DNA of 64,000 nucleotides from Vulcanimicrobiota bacterium (GTDB lineage Bacteria; Vulcanimicrobiota; Vulcanimicrobiia; Vulcanimicrobiales; Vulcanimicrobiaceae): NCBI GenBank assembly GCA_963723515.1, contig CAVRQT010000002.1:224001-288000 (forward strand), read 5' to 3'. Shown here piece by piece: positions 40,292 through 49,720 of the stretch (position 1 is its first letter; each line of letters starts with the position of its first letter). A model generated the notes under the pieces. The model saw only the letters and a list, made by a program, of their open reading frames with translations. It was not told the DNA's origin and ran no database searches. A program made the position numbers and the translations under genes.

Positions 40292-40918
40292 TCACCAGTG
40301 TAATGCGCCGGCCGCATGCGGTCGGACCCAGACGATAAGGTCCCAAATTGTCGGAAACTCGAAGATCGTCGTGACCGCATCCGCGGTGGGCGCTCGATTC
40401 ATTTTAACGAGCGTGTCCGCTGACGGTTTCGATATGTTGCCACCGGCATTGACGAAGTCGCCGTTCCAAACCCACTGGTCGTAGATCGTCTTGCCGCTGC
40501 TTGGATCTTTGATGACGAAGTGCACGTGCCCATTGAACTCATACCATCGGCCGGGATTGATGCCCCAAAGTTGCGGTCGCGGCTCGTTATTGGGACGCGG
40601 CACCGAAAAGTCGGCACCCATCAGATTTCCGTTTGCGTCGTACCACAGTTGGCTCGGATGCGTTGGATCCGACGTCCACTGCTGATTGGCGTAGCTAATT
40701 GCGCCCGTATCGTCCGGAGCCGTGTATCGCACGTAACCGGCTTTTAACGCGTCGCCGACGTGCGGGAAGCGTGCCGTGATGTCGCGTCGCACCGACGCGA
40801 CGAACTGCGCCTCTGTGGACGAGAGCGGACCGTTGTATGTCGGCTGCTCGTCCGCCCGAGCGGGCGCGGCGAAACTGCAGCAAATGGCAAGAAAAGCTAC
40901 CGCTAGAAGAGCCTTCAT
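40292..40918 (-). CDS. Hypothetical secreted protein
   Basis: RBS GAGGAGAAGG, signal peptide (ARA-D), 'ALKAGYVRY', 'HPSQLWYD' and 'HVH' motifs. Confidence 0.7.
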   Translation of the reverse strand: MKALLAVAFLAICCSFAAPARADEQPTYNGPLSSTEAQFVASVRRDITARFPHVGDALKAGYVRYTAPDDTGAISYANQQWTSDPTHPSQLWYDANGNLMGADFSVPRPNNEPRPQLWGINPGRWYEFNGHVHFVIKDPSSGKTIYDQWVWNGDFVNAGGNISKPSADTLVKMNRAPTADAVTTIFEFPTIWDLIVWVRPHAAGALHW

Positions 40919-41000
40919 CGAACCTTCTCCTCGCTGATCAACGTCTTTTCGTGAAAACGCAAAAGCCGTACAAGTGTGACATCGCCTCCCCCTGGATCTT

Positions 41001-42149
41001 CTATTGGACGGCGCCGGCTTTGAGCACCGCCTGAGGTTCGCGCAGCGTCCGGATGTCTTCACCGACATCGCGCCGCAGCAAGAGCATATCCGCCGGCTCA
41101 CCCGGGGCCAAGACGCCTCGATGGAGTCCAATGAGTTCAGCGGCCACGTTCGTCGCCGCATGCAGCGCCTGCTGCGGCGTCATTCCGAGCAGCGTGCACA
41201 TCAGCTCGACTTCTTGCGCGTAATTCTCATGGTAATTGTAGGGCGTCCCCGCGTCGGATCCGCCGGCGATCCGTACCCCGTTTTCATACGCCCGGCGAAC
41301 GTTGGTTAACATCGCTTCATTGACTCGCTGCCCCTTATCGATCACGTATTGGGGCTGCTCGCCGTCTTCAAGGTGCGCGAGAATGCAGGTCGGAGCGCTC
41401 AAGGTCGGCACAAGAGCGACATTGCGTTCTTTGAACAACTTGATGCATTCGTCATCGAGCATGTGTCCGTGCTCGATCGAGTCGATGCCGCAGCGAAGCG
41501 CATTCTTGATCCCTTGCGTGCCGATCGCGTGTGCAGCGACGCGCAGCTCTTGCCGATGGGCTTCATCGATTGCCGCCTCGAGTTCATCGGGTGTTAACTG
41601 CGCGTTGCCCGGCACGGCGCCTTTCGTCAAGACGCCGCCCGTGGCGATCAGTTTGATGCAGTCCGCGCCGGCAAACATTTGCTCGCGCACCGCTTTACGC
41701 GCATCCCACGGCGAATCGACGGCGCGTCCGACCGGCCATCCGTGGCCGCCTGTCATGCACAGAACCGCAGCTGCAGCGCGCATACGCGGTCCCGGGATTC
41801 GCTCTTCTTCGATCGCGTCGCGCACGTCGGGAGCGATATGGTTGGAGCTACCGACGTCGCGGATTGTCGTGATGCCGGCCTTGACCGACTTGCGCGCGTT
41901 TTCAACGGCGCGCAGCAGCCGCTGATTCGCCGTTGTGGCTTGGATTTCGCCCATCGTATCGGGCTCGCCGCTCATTTCGAGATGCGCGTGCGCATTGACC
42001 AGACCCGGCGTGATGCACGCCGCTTCCAGCTCGCACGAACCGCTCGCTGCGCGAATTTCCGAAACGCGCCCGTCGGCGATAACGATATCAACATTCCGTT
42101 TGGGCGGCTCAAGCGTCCCATCGTAGAATGCGCCGGCTCGAACGATCAT
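41001..42149 (-). CDS. Amidohydrolase family protein (Xaa-Pro dipeptidase-like)
   Basis: PGLVNAHAH, TGGHG, IKLIATGG, AAHA, SIEHG and GSDAG motifs. Confidence 0.9.
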   Translation of the reverse strand: MIVRAGAFYDGTLEPPKRNVDIVIADGRVSEIRAASGSCELEAACITPGLVNAHAHLEMSGEPDTMGEIQATTANQRLLRAVENARKSVKAGITTIRDVGSSNHIAPDVRDAIEEERIPGPRMRAAAAVLCMTGGHGWPVGRAVDSPWDARKAVREQMFAGADCIKLIATGGVLTKGAVPGNAQLTPDELEAAIDEAHRQELRVAAHAIGTQGIKNALRCGIDSIEHGHMLDDECIKLFKERNVALVPTLSAPTCILAHLEDGEQPQYVIDKGQRVNEAMLTNVRRAYENGVRIAGGSDAGTPYNYHENYAQEVELMCTLLGMTPQQALHAATNVAAELIGLHRGVLAPGEPADMLLLRRDVGEDIRTLREPQAVLKAGAVQ

Positions 42150-42220
42150 AAGAGCCCTATTTTGCCTAAGCTGCAGGGCTCATGCAGCAGCCGACATGAT
42201 GCAGCTTGAAAGAGCGCGCC

Positions 42221-43048
42221 ATGGCGACACAACGTGAAAAGGCAACTTCGCTGCGAAACCTGCACCGGCGCGGCGAGCCGCTTCTCCTGATCAACGTCTG
42301 GGACGCCGTGAGCGCTCGAATCATCGAGCAGCTCGGATTTCCTGCGATCGCGACAACGAGCGCCGGCATCGCGTGGCGTGAGGGCTTTGCCGACGGCGAG
42401 CGCATTCCGCGTCAGCGCATGCTCGACGCGGTGGCATCCATCACCGCCGCGGTCGGCGTTGCCGTCACCGCAGACCTAGAGGCCGCGTATGGACCTACCG
42501 TCGATGATGCGATCCAGACGGCCAAAGGCGCGATCGCAGCCGGCGCGGTCGGCTTGAATTTTGAAGATTGGGATGCGCAGCACGAGCGGTTAATGGATGC
42601 TGACGCGCAAATCGCGCGCATCGCCGCAATGCGCAAAGCAGGTGATGAGGCGGACGTACCGTTGGTCATCAACGCTCGCACCGACGTATTTCTGAAGAAG
42701 GCCGGCGACAGCGATGCGTGGCGCATTCAAGAATCGGTGCGGCGCGGAAATTCATATCTGGATGCCGGCGCGGACTGTGTCTTTGTGCCGGGCGTTACCG
42801 AAGAAGAAACAATTGCAACCCTGGCAGCGCAAATTCCCGGACCGATCAACGTCCTCGCGGCTCCGGGCATGCCGACTGTTGCACGCTTAAGCGCGCTCGG
42901 AGTTGCACGAATAAGCGTCGGCGGCGCGGCAATGGCCTCTGTCCTGGCGCAACTTGGCCGGTTAGCGAGCGACGTGAACGAAACCGGACGCTTCGAATTT
43001 ACTGCCGACCGCATTTCTCATGCAGACCTGAACGCGCTCTTCCCGTAG
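42221..43048 (+). CDS. Isocitrate lyase/PEP mutase family protein
   Basis: NVWDAVSA, ATTSAG, ADLEAAYG, GLNFED, INARTD and AGADCVFVPG motifs. Confidence 0.9.
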   Translation: MATQREKATSLRNLHRRGEPLLLINVWDAVSARIIEQLGFPAIATTSAGIAWREGFADGERIPRQRMLDAVASITAAVGVAVTADLEAAYGPTVDDAIQTAKGAIAAGAVGLNFEDWDAQHERLMDADAQIARIAAMRKAGDEADVPLVINARTDVFLKKAGDSDAWRIQESVRRGNSYLDAGADCVFVPGVTEEETIATLAAQIPGPINVLAAPGMPTVARLSALGVARISVGGAAMASVLAQLGRLASDVNETGRFEFTADRISHADLNALFP

Positions 43049-43051
43049 TAC

Positions 43052-43651
43052 TCACGCATTGTCAACGCGTATTAAGCCTTCGAAGCGGCGATCCGGCACG
43101 ATCCACATGATCGCAACCGCCACGATGAGCAGATCGGAGAGAAGCGTGGAAAACATCGCGCCGATGATCGCAATAACGTACAGCGCGATCGAGAGCATGC
43201 CTTTGATGTCAACGGCTACCGCCTTCGCAAAGGGCGAACCGCGCCCGTTAACGCCAACCAGCGCCCGCTGGAGCAGCGTATACGCAATGGCATCAAGCAA
43301 GAATATTAGGCCGTAAAGCACCGTTGGGCCGACGGCAGCGGGATTGCGCCCAAGCCACGCGGTGGAAAACGGCACCAGTGAAAGCCAGAATAGCAGATGC
43401 AGATTCGCCCACATCGCACGCCCGTCGATGCCGCGACTGGCGCGCAACATATGGTGGTGATTGTTCCAATAGATCGCGATGAAAACGAAGCTCACGGCAT
43501 AGGTCGCAAGCGTTGGCAGTACCGCCAAAAGCGACCGAAAATCCACGCCGACGGGAGCGCGCAATTCAAGCACCATGATCGTGATGATGACCGCGAGCAC
43601 GCCATCGCTAAATGATTCGAGCCGGTTCGATTCGGTGAGAAATCTCTTCAT
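43052..43651 (-). CDS. TMEM175-family potassium channel (DUF1211)
   Basis: RLESFSDGVLAVIITIMVL, YWNNHH and WIVPDRR motifs. Confidence 0.92.
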   Translation of the reverse strand: MKRFLTESNRLESFSDGVLAVIITIMVLELRAPVGVDFRSLLAVLPTLATYAVSFVFIAIYWNNHHHMLRASRGIDGRAMWANLHLLFWLSLVPFSTAWLGRNPAAVGPTVLYGLIFLLDAIAYTLLQRALVGVNGRGSPFAKAVAVDIKGMLSIALYVIAIIGAMFSTLLSDLLIVAVAIMWIVPDRRFEGLIRVDNA

Positions 43652-43734
43652 TCGGCGCTATTTGAAGCGCCCGGTGGAAAACACTGCGCACGGCTCGAAA
43701 CACCGCTGCTTCGAGATGTAGGGAGAGCGAAATC

Positions 43735-44694
43735 TTGAGCCTTCATGATGCTGCGGCAAGCCGCTGGTTGTGGCAAGATATCGACGTTTCGCATTGGAGC
43801 GAAACGAAGCGCAGCTTGCATCTGTACTCGCAGATGCTCGGCAAGATCAAATTGGCCGCCGCGCCGATTCAGCCGAACTGGATCTTTACCGCGCTCTATC
43901 TGACGCCGCGTGGGCTGACGACCGGAACGATTCCCTGGCACGGGATGTCGTTCGACGTCGTCATCGATGTTTTTGAATCGTCCATCGTGCTCTCGCGCAG
44001 CGACGGCGCTCGCAAGAGCGTTCCTTTGATTCCGGTTCGTACCGTCGCAGAGGTATACGCGGCGCTCAGCGCCGCGTTGGCCGCGTTGGACATCAACATT
44101 ACGATAAGCACGATACCGCAAGAAATCCCGGATACAACGCCGCTCGATCAAGACCGGCGCCCCAGCGAATACGACGCGTCTGCAGTAATGCGTTGGTTTG
44201 GCGCATCGACCGCGATCTCGGGCGTCTTTGATGCCTGGCGAACGCGCTTCTTTGGTCGGGAGGGACTGCAGCTTTGGTGGGGAGCCTTCGACCTCGCTTT
44301 GCTCCTCTTCAGCGGTCGTCACGTCAAGCCGCCCGCCGATCGCGGTTACCTTATGAAATACGATCTGGATGCGGAGTTGATGAACGTCGGCCTCTACTAC
44401 GGTGATGCGCAAACACGCCCGTTTTTCTACGGCTACATCTACCCTGAGCCAAGAGGCGCAGCATCACTGCAGATCGCGCCGTCCGAGGCGTCGTGGTCGG
44501 AAACGTTGCACGAATGGGTGCTGCCGTACGAGGCGGTTCGAACTTCCTCGGACCCTGCAGCAACCGTACGGACGTTTATCGACGCGATTTACGAGCAGTG
44601 CTTCACCGCGGCGGGCTGGTCGCGCGAGGCGTTCGCTTATCATCCGCCGCCGCTGGCAGTACGCTCGCGCGCAAGCGACACTCAGATTTCATAG
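43735..44694 (+). CDS. DUF5996-like protein
   Basis: 'LHLYSQMLGKIKL', 'LYLTPRGLTT', 'WWGAFDLA..FSGR', 'FYGYIYPEP' and 'EWVLPYEAVR' motifs. Confidence 0.75.
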   Translation: MSLHDAAASRWLWQDIDVSHWSETKRSLHLYSQMLGKIKLAAAPIQPNWIFTALYLTPRGLTTGTIPWHGMSFDVVIDVFESSIVLSRSDGARKSVPLIPVRTVAEVYAALSAALAALDINITISTIPQEIPDTTPLDQDRRPSEYDASAVMRWFGASTAISGVFDAWRTRFFGREGLQLWWGAFDLALLLFSGRHVKPPADRGYLMKYDLDAELMNVGLYYGDAQTRPFFYGYIYPEPRGAASLQIAPSEASWSETLHEWVLPYEAVRTSSDPAATVRTFIDAIYEQCFTAAGWSREAFAYHPPPLAVRSRASDTQIS

Positions 44695-44697
44695 CGA

Positions 44698-46026
44698 GTG
44701 GATGCTGACGTTGTCGTCGTAGGCGCCGGCGCCGCCGGGTTGGCGGCGGCGCACAAATTAGCGAAAAAGAAGTCGCGCGTGCTTCTCTTGGAAGCGCGAG
44801 ATCGAGTTGGGGGTCGCGTTTGGTCATGCCCAACGTCGCCCGACGGCCCGCGCGTAGAGTTGGGCGCGGAATTCATTCACGGAGACGCGACCGATACGAT
44901 GGCGGTGCTGCGCGATGCCGGCGTTCAAGCACTCGCCACCGCCGGCGATGCGTGGTTGTGTTCGAGCAGCGGCGAGCTGCAGCGCGACGATGAGACCGAC
45001 TTCTTCTCGTCGGCTGCAATCTTCGAAGACGCCTTATCGCTCCCGCAAGACGAAACGATCGATAAATTCTTGCAACGCTTTGCGCATGATCCGGCGATGC
45101 GCGAAAAAATGGCCACGGCACGCGCCTTTGCGGAAGGCTTCGATGCAGCTGACCCAAGTATTGCAAGCGCGCAGGCGATCGCGGATGAGTGGTGCTCCGG
45201 AGTGGACTTCACGAGCCGGCGACCCGTCGGCGGATATCACCGGATGTTCGAATGTCTGCGCAGCGCTTGTCTTCAGGCGGGCGTCGAACTCTTTGAATCC
45301 ACGGCCGCTGAACGGATCACTTGGCGCCGTGGCGACGTAACGGTTCATGCAACGATGTCCAATGGTCGATCGCGCGATTTTGCTGCCCAAACCGCCGTCA
45401 TCACGTTGCCGGCCGGCGTGCTAAAGCAACGCGGCGGTGAAGGCGACGTCATTTTCGAGCCGGAGCTGCCGGCAGAAAAACGCGATGCGTTACGATACAT
45501 CGAAATGGGCGAGGTTCGTAAGGTCACGCTTTGGTTTGAAACGCCTTTCTGGGAGCGCCTTCGCGCTGGACGATATCGTGACGCGGGTTTTTTCCGCTGC
45601 GAGGACGACGCATTTGCGGTCTACTGGGCGCAGCTGCCGTTGCGCACGACGCTGATCACCGCGTGGGCCGGCGGTCCCAAAGCCGTTGCGCTGAGAGACG
45701 TTTCGAATCAGGACGTCATCGATCGAGCACTCTTCGGCTTTGGGAATCTCTTCCACGAAGCGCCTCTAGCGAAGGAGCAGTTCAAAGGCGGTTTCACACA
45801 CGATTGGGCTCATGATGGTTATGCACGGGGCGCTTATACCTATATCGCCGTCGGCGGGCGGAAGGCGCGCGCGACGCTAGCGGCGCCGATCGCCGAGACG
45901 TTGTTTTTCGCAGGCGAAGCAACCGCAGGCGATGGCCAGGGCGGAACGGTCAGCGGAGCACTCAACACCGGCGAACGCGCAGCACAAGAGGCCGCGGCTG
46001 CGCTTGCAAAAAAGCGCGCTAGATGA
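44698..46026 (+). CDS. Flavin monoamine oxidase family protein
   Basis: GAGAAGL, EARDRVGGR, ELGAEFIHG, GAY, FAGEAT and GTVSGA motifs. Confidence 0.9.
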   Translation: MDADVVVVGAGAAGLAAAHKLAKKKSRVLLLEARDRVGGRVWSCPTSPDGPRVELGAEFIHGDATDTMAVLRDAGVQALATAGDAWLCSSSGELQRDDETDFFSSAAIFEDALSLPQDETIDKFLQRFAHDPAMREKMATARAFAEGFDAADPSIASAQAIADEWCSGVDFTSRRPVGGYHRMFECLRSACLQAGVELFESTAAERITWRRGDVTVHATMSNGRSRDFAAQTAVITLPAGVLKQRGGEGDVIFEPELPAEKRDALRYIEMGEVRKVTLWFETPFWERLRAGRYRDAGFFRCEDDAFAVYWAQLPLRTTLITAWAGGPKAVALRDVSNQDVIDRALFGFGNLFHEAPLAKEQFKGGFTHDWAHDGYARGAYTYIAVGGRKARATLAAPIAETLFFAGEATAGDGQGGTVSGALNTGERAAQEAAAALAKKRAR

Positions 46027-46564
46027 AATCCGCGTTGGCCGCTTGGTCGACGTTCTATGTCATGCTCGGCTCTGCGGCCGCGTCTTTAACCGGATTGACG
46101 TTCGTTGTGATTACGCTGGCCACAAGCTTGGAGCGATCGCCTCCGGCAGAGGAAGGGATCGCGGTATTTACGACGCCGACCGTTTTGCACTTCGGCACCG
46201 CATTGCTGATGGCAGCGCTCCTGAGCGTACCATGGCACTCGCTTGTTGCTCCAGCGTTTATGCGTCGCAGGCGTCGGTCTCGCCGGCCTCGCTTACATCT
46301 TTTTCGTGATGTACCGCACGAAGAGGCTGAGTGCATACTCGCCGGATCTCTCGGATTGGGTTTGGTACTCCATCGCGCCGTTGGTCGCGTACGCCGCGAT
46401 CTTGGCCGGTGGCATTCTGCTGCCGTCCGCTTCCTAAGAAGGCGATGTTCTCAATTGCGGGAGGCGCGTTGCTCTTGATCTTCGTCGGCATCCGCAACTC
46501 GTGGGACATCGTGACGTTTCTCGCCGTTCGAAATCTGCACGCCTCACCGGACGAAAAGAACTAG
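46023..46564 (+). CDS. Membrane protein (frameshifted)
   Basis: Hydrophobic segments 'FYVMLGSAAASLTGLTFVVITL', 'DWVWY' and 'LLLIFVGIRNSWD' across three frames. Confidence 0.65.
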
Positions 46565-46578
46565 TCTTAATGAATTAG

Positions 46579-46608
46579 TTGACAGTCGCGTTCGAGAGCC
46601 GCTATATT
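46579..46608 (+). promoter_or_regulatory. Sigma70-like promoter
   Basis: TTGACA-N18-TATATT in an AT-rich spacer. Confidence 0.55.
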
Positions 46609-46682
46609 CTCTTAAAGAATTAGTTACTGTGAGCGAGGCGACTTCCGTGAACCTGATCGGCGGCTTGCGTAGTACAAGGGGC

Positions 46683-48893
46683 GTGAAATACTCGGTCCTC
46701 AGCGTCTGCCTGACGATGCTTTGGGTTGCATCGGTGCAAGCGCAAACGATAGCGACCTCGACGCCGCTTTCGGTCCCCAAAGGCGCGCCGGCGTCGCTCG
46801 ATCCGACCGCATCCGCCGCTTCGGCGTGGTCAGCCGCGGCGACAGTGACGCTGCCGTGGGACGCGAGCAATCAGCGCGCCGCAAGCGAACCGACAACGGC
46901 CTACATCGAAACCGACGGCAAGTTCATCTACGTTCGCTTTGACGTTAAACAGCGCGAGACGCTGCTCTCGCAGCAACATACGAACAACGTCGGCGACGGA
47001 ACGGACGACGAGGTTTGGGTCGACCTCTGGCCGACCGGTAATAACGGCTTCTACTACCAATTCGCAGCCACGTCCAACGGCACGCACTACCAATACTCGT
47101 CCGAGAACTCGATCTACCAGCCAAATTGGGATTCTTTCGGCGCGCCGAACGGCGGCGGGTTCACGGTCACGATGAAGATCCCGCTCGAAGTGATGCGTGG
47201 CGTCGGCTCCGGACGGTGGAAGGCGCAGTTCGTGCGTGTCATCCGCTCGACCGGCGAATACCAGGTGTGGTCCTACGATCGCGGTGAGACCAATCAAGGC
47301 GTCGACAACGTTCGTTTTGCCGGCGCACTCAACGGCTTACTTTCCGTCAGCGCGCGTCCTAAACCACGCCTCGGGGTGTACGGGCTTGGCGAAGTCGGTT
47401 CGCCGGCCTCGGGCCTCTCAACATCGCGCATGGGCGCCGACATTTCGATCCCGATTACCTCGACCGCATCGTTCTATTCAACGCTGCATCCGGATTTCTC
47501 AAACGTCGAAGTCGATCAGCAGACGATCGCGCCGACAGCCTACCAGCGCTTCTTTACTGAAGTGCGCCCCTTTTTCACCCAAGGCAACGCCTACTACAAC
47601 AATTTCGATTGCAACGCGTGTCCCGGCATCAGCGAACTGTACACTCCGGGCATTCCGACGCCACGCGCCGGGTATGCGTTCGAAGGAAAACAAGGGCCAT
47701 TCTCGTTAGCCGCGTTCGATGCTATCGGCGTCGGGCGTTCGGACGCCGCTCAGGCCTTTGGAGCGATTACGAACAACCATCTGTTGCGCTTCAATATCCA
47801 GCGCGTGGCCGCGGACTGCAACCTTGCAGCCAGCAACGGATGCCAAAACGGCCAACCGACGGTGCACGACGACAACGTGCTGAGTCAGCTTGAATACTAC
47901 GATGGAAAGCACGTAGACGCATATCTTGATTACGGAAGTGATTCCGGCAGCAACGTCCTGGCCGGCAATCGCGCGCAGCGGTACGAAGCCGCAACGTATC
48001 TCTTCAACAACACCTTCGGTTTTGCGTTCGCGGCTCGCAAAATCGGACAGTATTACAACCCTGCGGATGGACTCGTGCAGCATCCGGACATTGCCGGTTA
48101 CGCGACGTTCGCGGCGAAGATCTGGTTATTCGGTGAGCGGAGCCCGCTGAACAGCGTTGGAGTCTCGGGATTTCTGGATCGCTACCACGATCATACGGGC
48201 GCCCTCGATCAAACCGACAACAGCATTTTGCTCGACGTCCTGACCAAAAACCGTCTCGATGTGCAAGCCTCGATCGGTTCCAGTTACCTGCTGCAGAATT
48301 TCAGTTGCACCGGCGCGGCCTGCGTCTTCACGCCGATCTCGCAAAACGGCATTGGCGTTACCTGGCACGCCGGAACGCTGAACTCGCCAGGAAATTTTCC
48401 CAATCACGGCAGCTCATCGACCCCCACGACGATTACATTTAATACCGGCCGCTTTGGCCCGGGCAAGCTTGATTCGTGGACCCGCAGCTCGACGATTCGA
48501 TTCGGTAATCGCGGCTCGATCTTGCTCGAAGCCGATGATACGCGCCAATATCTCGATTCCGGCGGAGTCAACATCCAGTGGCTCGAGCGCCTCGGTTACA
48601 ATCTCGCGACCGGACCGAATTCTTCGCTGACGGTGGGCGTTCGACGCATCATCGGAACGCCGCCGCTCGTCTTTGCCGCCGCTCCGGTCAATTGCACGAC
48701 GGTCTACGTCGCGCCGCCGCCGGGTGCGGTGACTGCGCCATGTACCGGCGCGTGGAACCTCTCATTTGCCTACCACCGGCAGACGTTGCACGATGAGCTC
48801 TACTTCGCTTACGGCGACGCGAGCCTGCTCTCAACAACGCCGTCATTCATTCTAAAATTGATACACTATTACGGCGCCCCAAAAGGCACGTAG
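46683..48893 (+). CDS. Secreted/outer-membrane protein with N-terminal CBM9-like domain (DUF5916-like)
   Basis: Signal peptide, 'DGKFIYVRF', 'FTVTMKIPL', 'PDFSNVEVD' and 'E.RPFFTQG' motifs; beta-strand-rich C-terminus. Confidence 0.7.
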   Translation: MKYSVLSVCLTMLWVASVQAQTIATSTPLSVPKGAPASLDPTASAASAWSAAATVTLPWDASNQRAASEPTTAYIETDGKFIYVRFDVKQRETLLSQQHTNNVGDGTDDEVWVDLWPTGNNGFYYQFAATSNGTHYQYSSENSIYQPNWDSFGAPNGGGFTVTMKIPLEVMRGVGSGRWKAQFVRVIRSTGEYQVWSYDRGETNQGVDNVRFAGALNGLLSVSARPKPRLGVYGLGEVGSPASGLSTSRMGADISIPITSTASFYSTLHPDFSNVEVDQQTIAPTAYQRFFTEVRPFFTQGNAYYNNFDCNACPGISELYTPGIPTPRAGYAFEGKQGPFSLAAFDAIGVGRSDAAQAFGAITNNHLLRFNIQRVAADCNLAASNGCQNGQPTVHDDNVLSQLEYYDGKHVDAYLDYGSDSGSNVLAGNRAQRYEAATYLFNNTFGFAFAARKIGQYYNPADGLVQHPDIAGYATFAAKIWLFGERSPLNSVGVSGFLDRYHDHTGALDQTDNSILLDVLTKNRLDVQASIGSSYLLQNFSCTGAACVFTPISQNGIGVTWHAGTLNSPGNFPNHGSSSTPTTITFNTGRFGPGKLDSWTRSSTIRFGNRGSILLEADDTRQYLDSGGVNIQWLERLGYNLATGPNSSLTVGVRRIIGTPPLVFAAAPVNCTTVYVAPPPGAVTAPCTGAWNLSFAYHRQTLHDELYFAYGDASLLSTTPSFILKLIHYYGAPKGT

Positions 48894-48930
48894 GCAGACA
48901 CAATTCCGGCGGCCCGACCGTTATACGGGT

Positions 48931-49689
48931 ATGATGCTCAGGATTTTTGGAATCGTGTTGGCAGGCATGGTCTTGTTTGCGGCGCCCGCGCAAGCCGATC
49001 AGAATGCATGGCGTCACCTCGTGTATAGCGTCGGCGTCAACGTCGCGACGCGAACGGATGTGTTGGTCTCGGGAAAGCCTGCCACCGTAGTGATGGGTAG
49101 TCCGAGCCAAGAGTCAGGGCAGATGAGCGGAACAAACAGTTCTACCGACAGCATGCTCTCGAAAGGCACGATGACGGTGGACATTATCGGGCTCACAGCG
49201 GATAACGCGCTCGCGATGCAGGTTTCTGAAGACACCGACAACCGCAAGGCGCCGCCGGTTCGCGTTGACGTCACCTCCGACGGCAAGGTGCGGGTTCCAG
49301 CGGATCAGACGCTCAATGTGAGCCAAGAGGAGCAGACGCTTTTACGAATGCTAGCGCGCAATTTCCTCACCGCGCAAGATGCCAGGGCGGGACATTGGAT
49401 TCAACACTTGTCGCTCACTTATGTGGACGTCGATGAGGCCTATCGCATAACCGACATCCAACCGAACGGTGATGTGACGATTGCGCTCGACCAAATGATG
49501 AAAGTGCCGGGCGCCCAGCACTCCGAGTCCAAATTCCATGGCACCATTATCTACAGCAGCAAGTATAAAGTGCCGCGGTCAGTATCGCTCGAGGGCATCT
49601 CGCGACGCGAAGGGATCGACCATGCGGAAACTGCGGATTCGAAGCTGAACTTAGATTTGCTGAGCGATTCCTTTCAGCCGCGCAGCTAA
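48931..49689 (+). CDS. Hypothetical secreted protein
   Basis: Signal peptide (AQA-D); 252-aa ORF. Confidence 0.7.
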   Translation: MMLRIFGIVLAGMVLFAAPAQADQNAWRHLVYSVGVNVATRTDVLVSGKPATVVMGSPSQESGQMSGTNSSTDSMLSKGTMTVDIIGLTADNALAMQVSEDTDNRKAPPVRVDVTSDGKVRVPADQTLNVSQEEQTLLRMLARNFLTAQDARAGHWIQHLSLTYVDVDEAYRITDIQPNGDVTIALDQMMKVPGAQHSESKFHGTIIYSSKYKVPRSVSLEGISRREGIDHAETADSKLNLDLLSDSFQPRS

Positions 49690-49720
49690 CGCGTGATCAG
49701 CGTCGCCATCGGCGTTGTAT

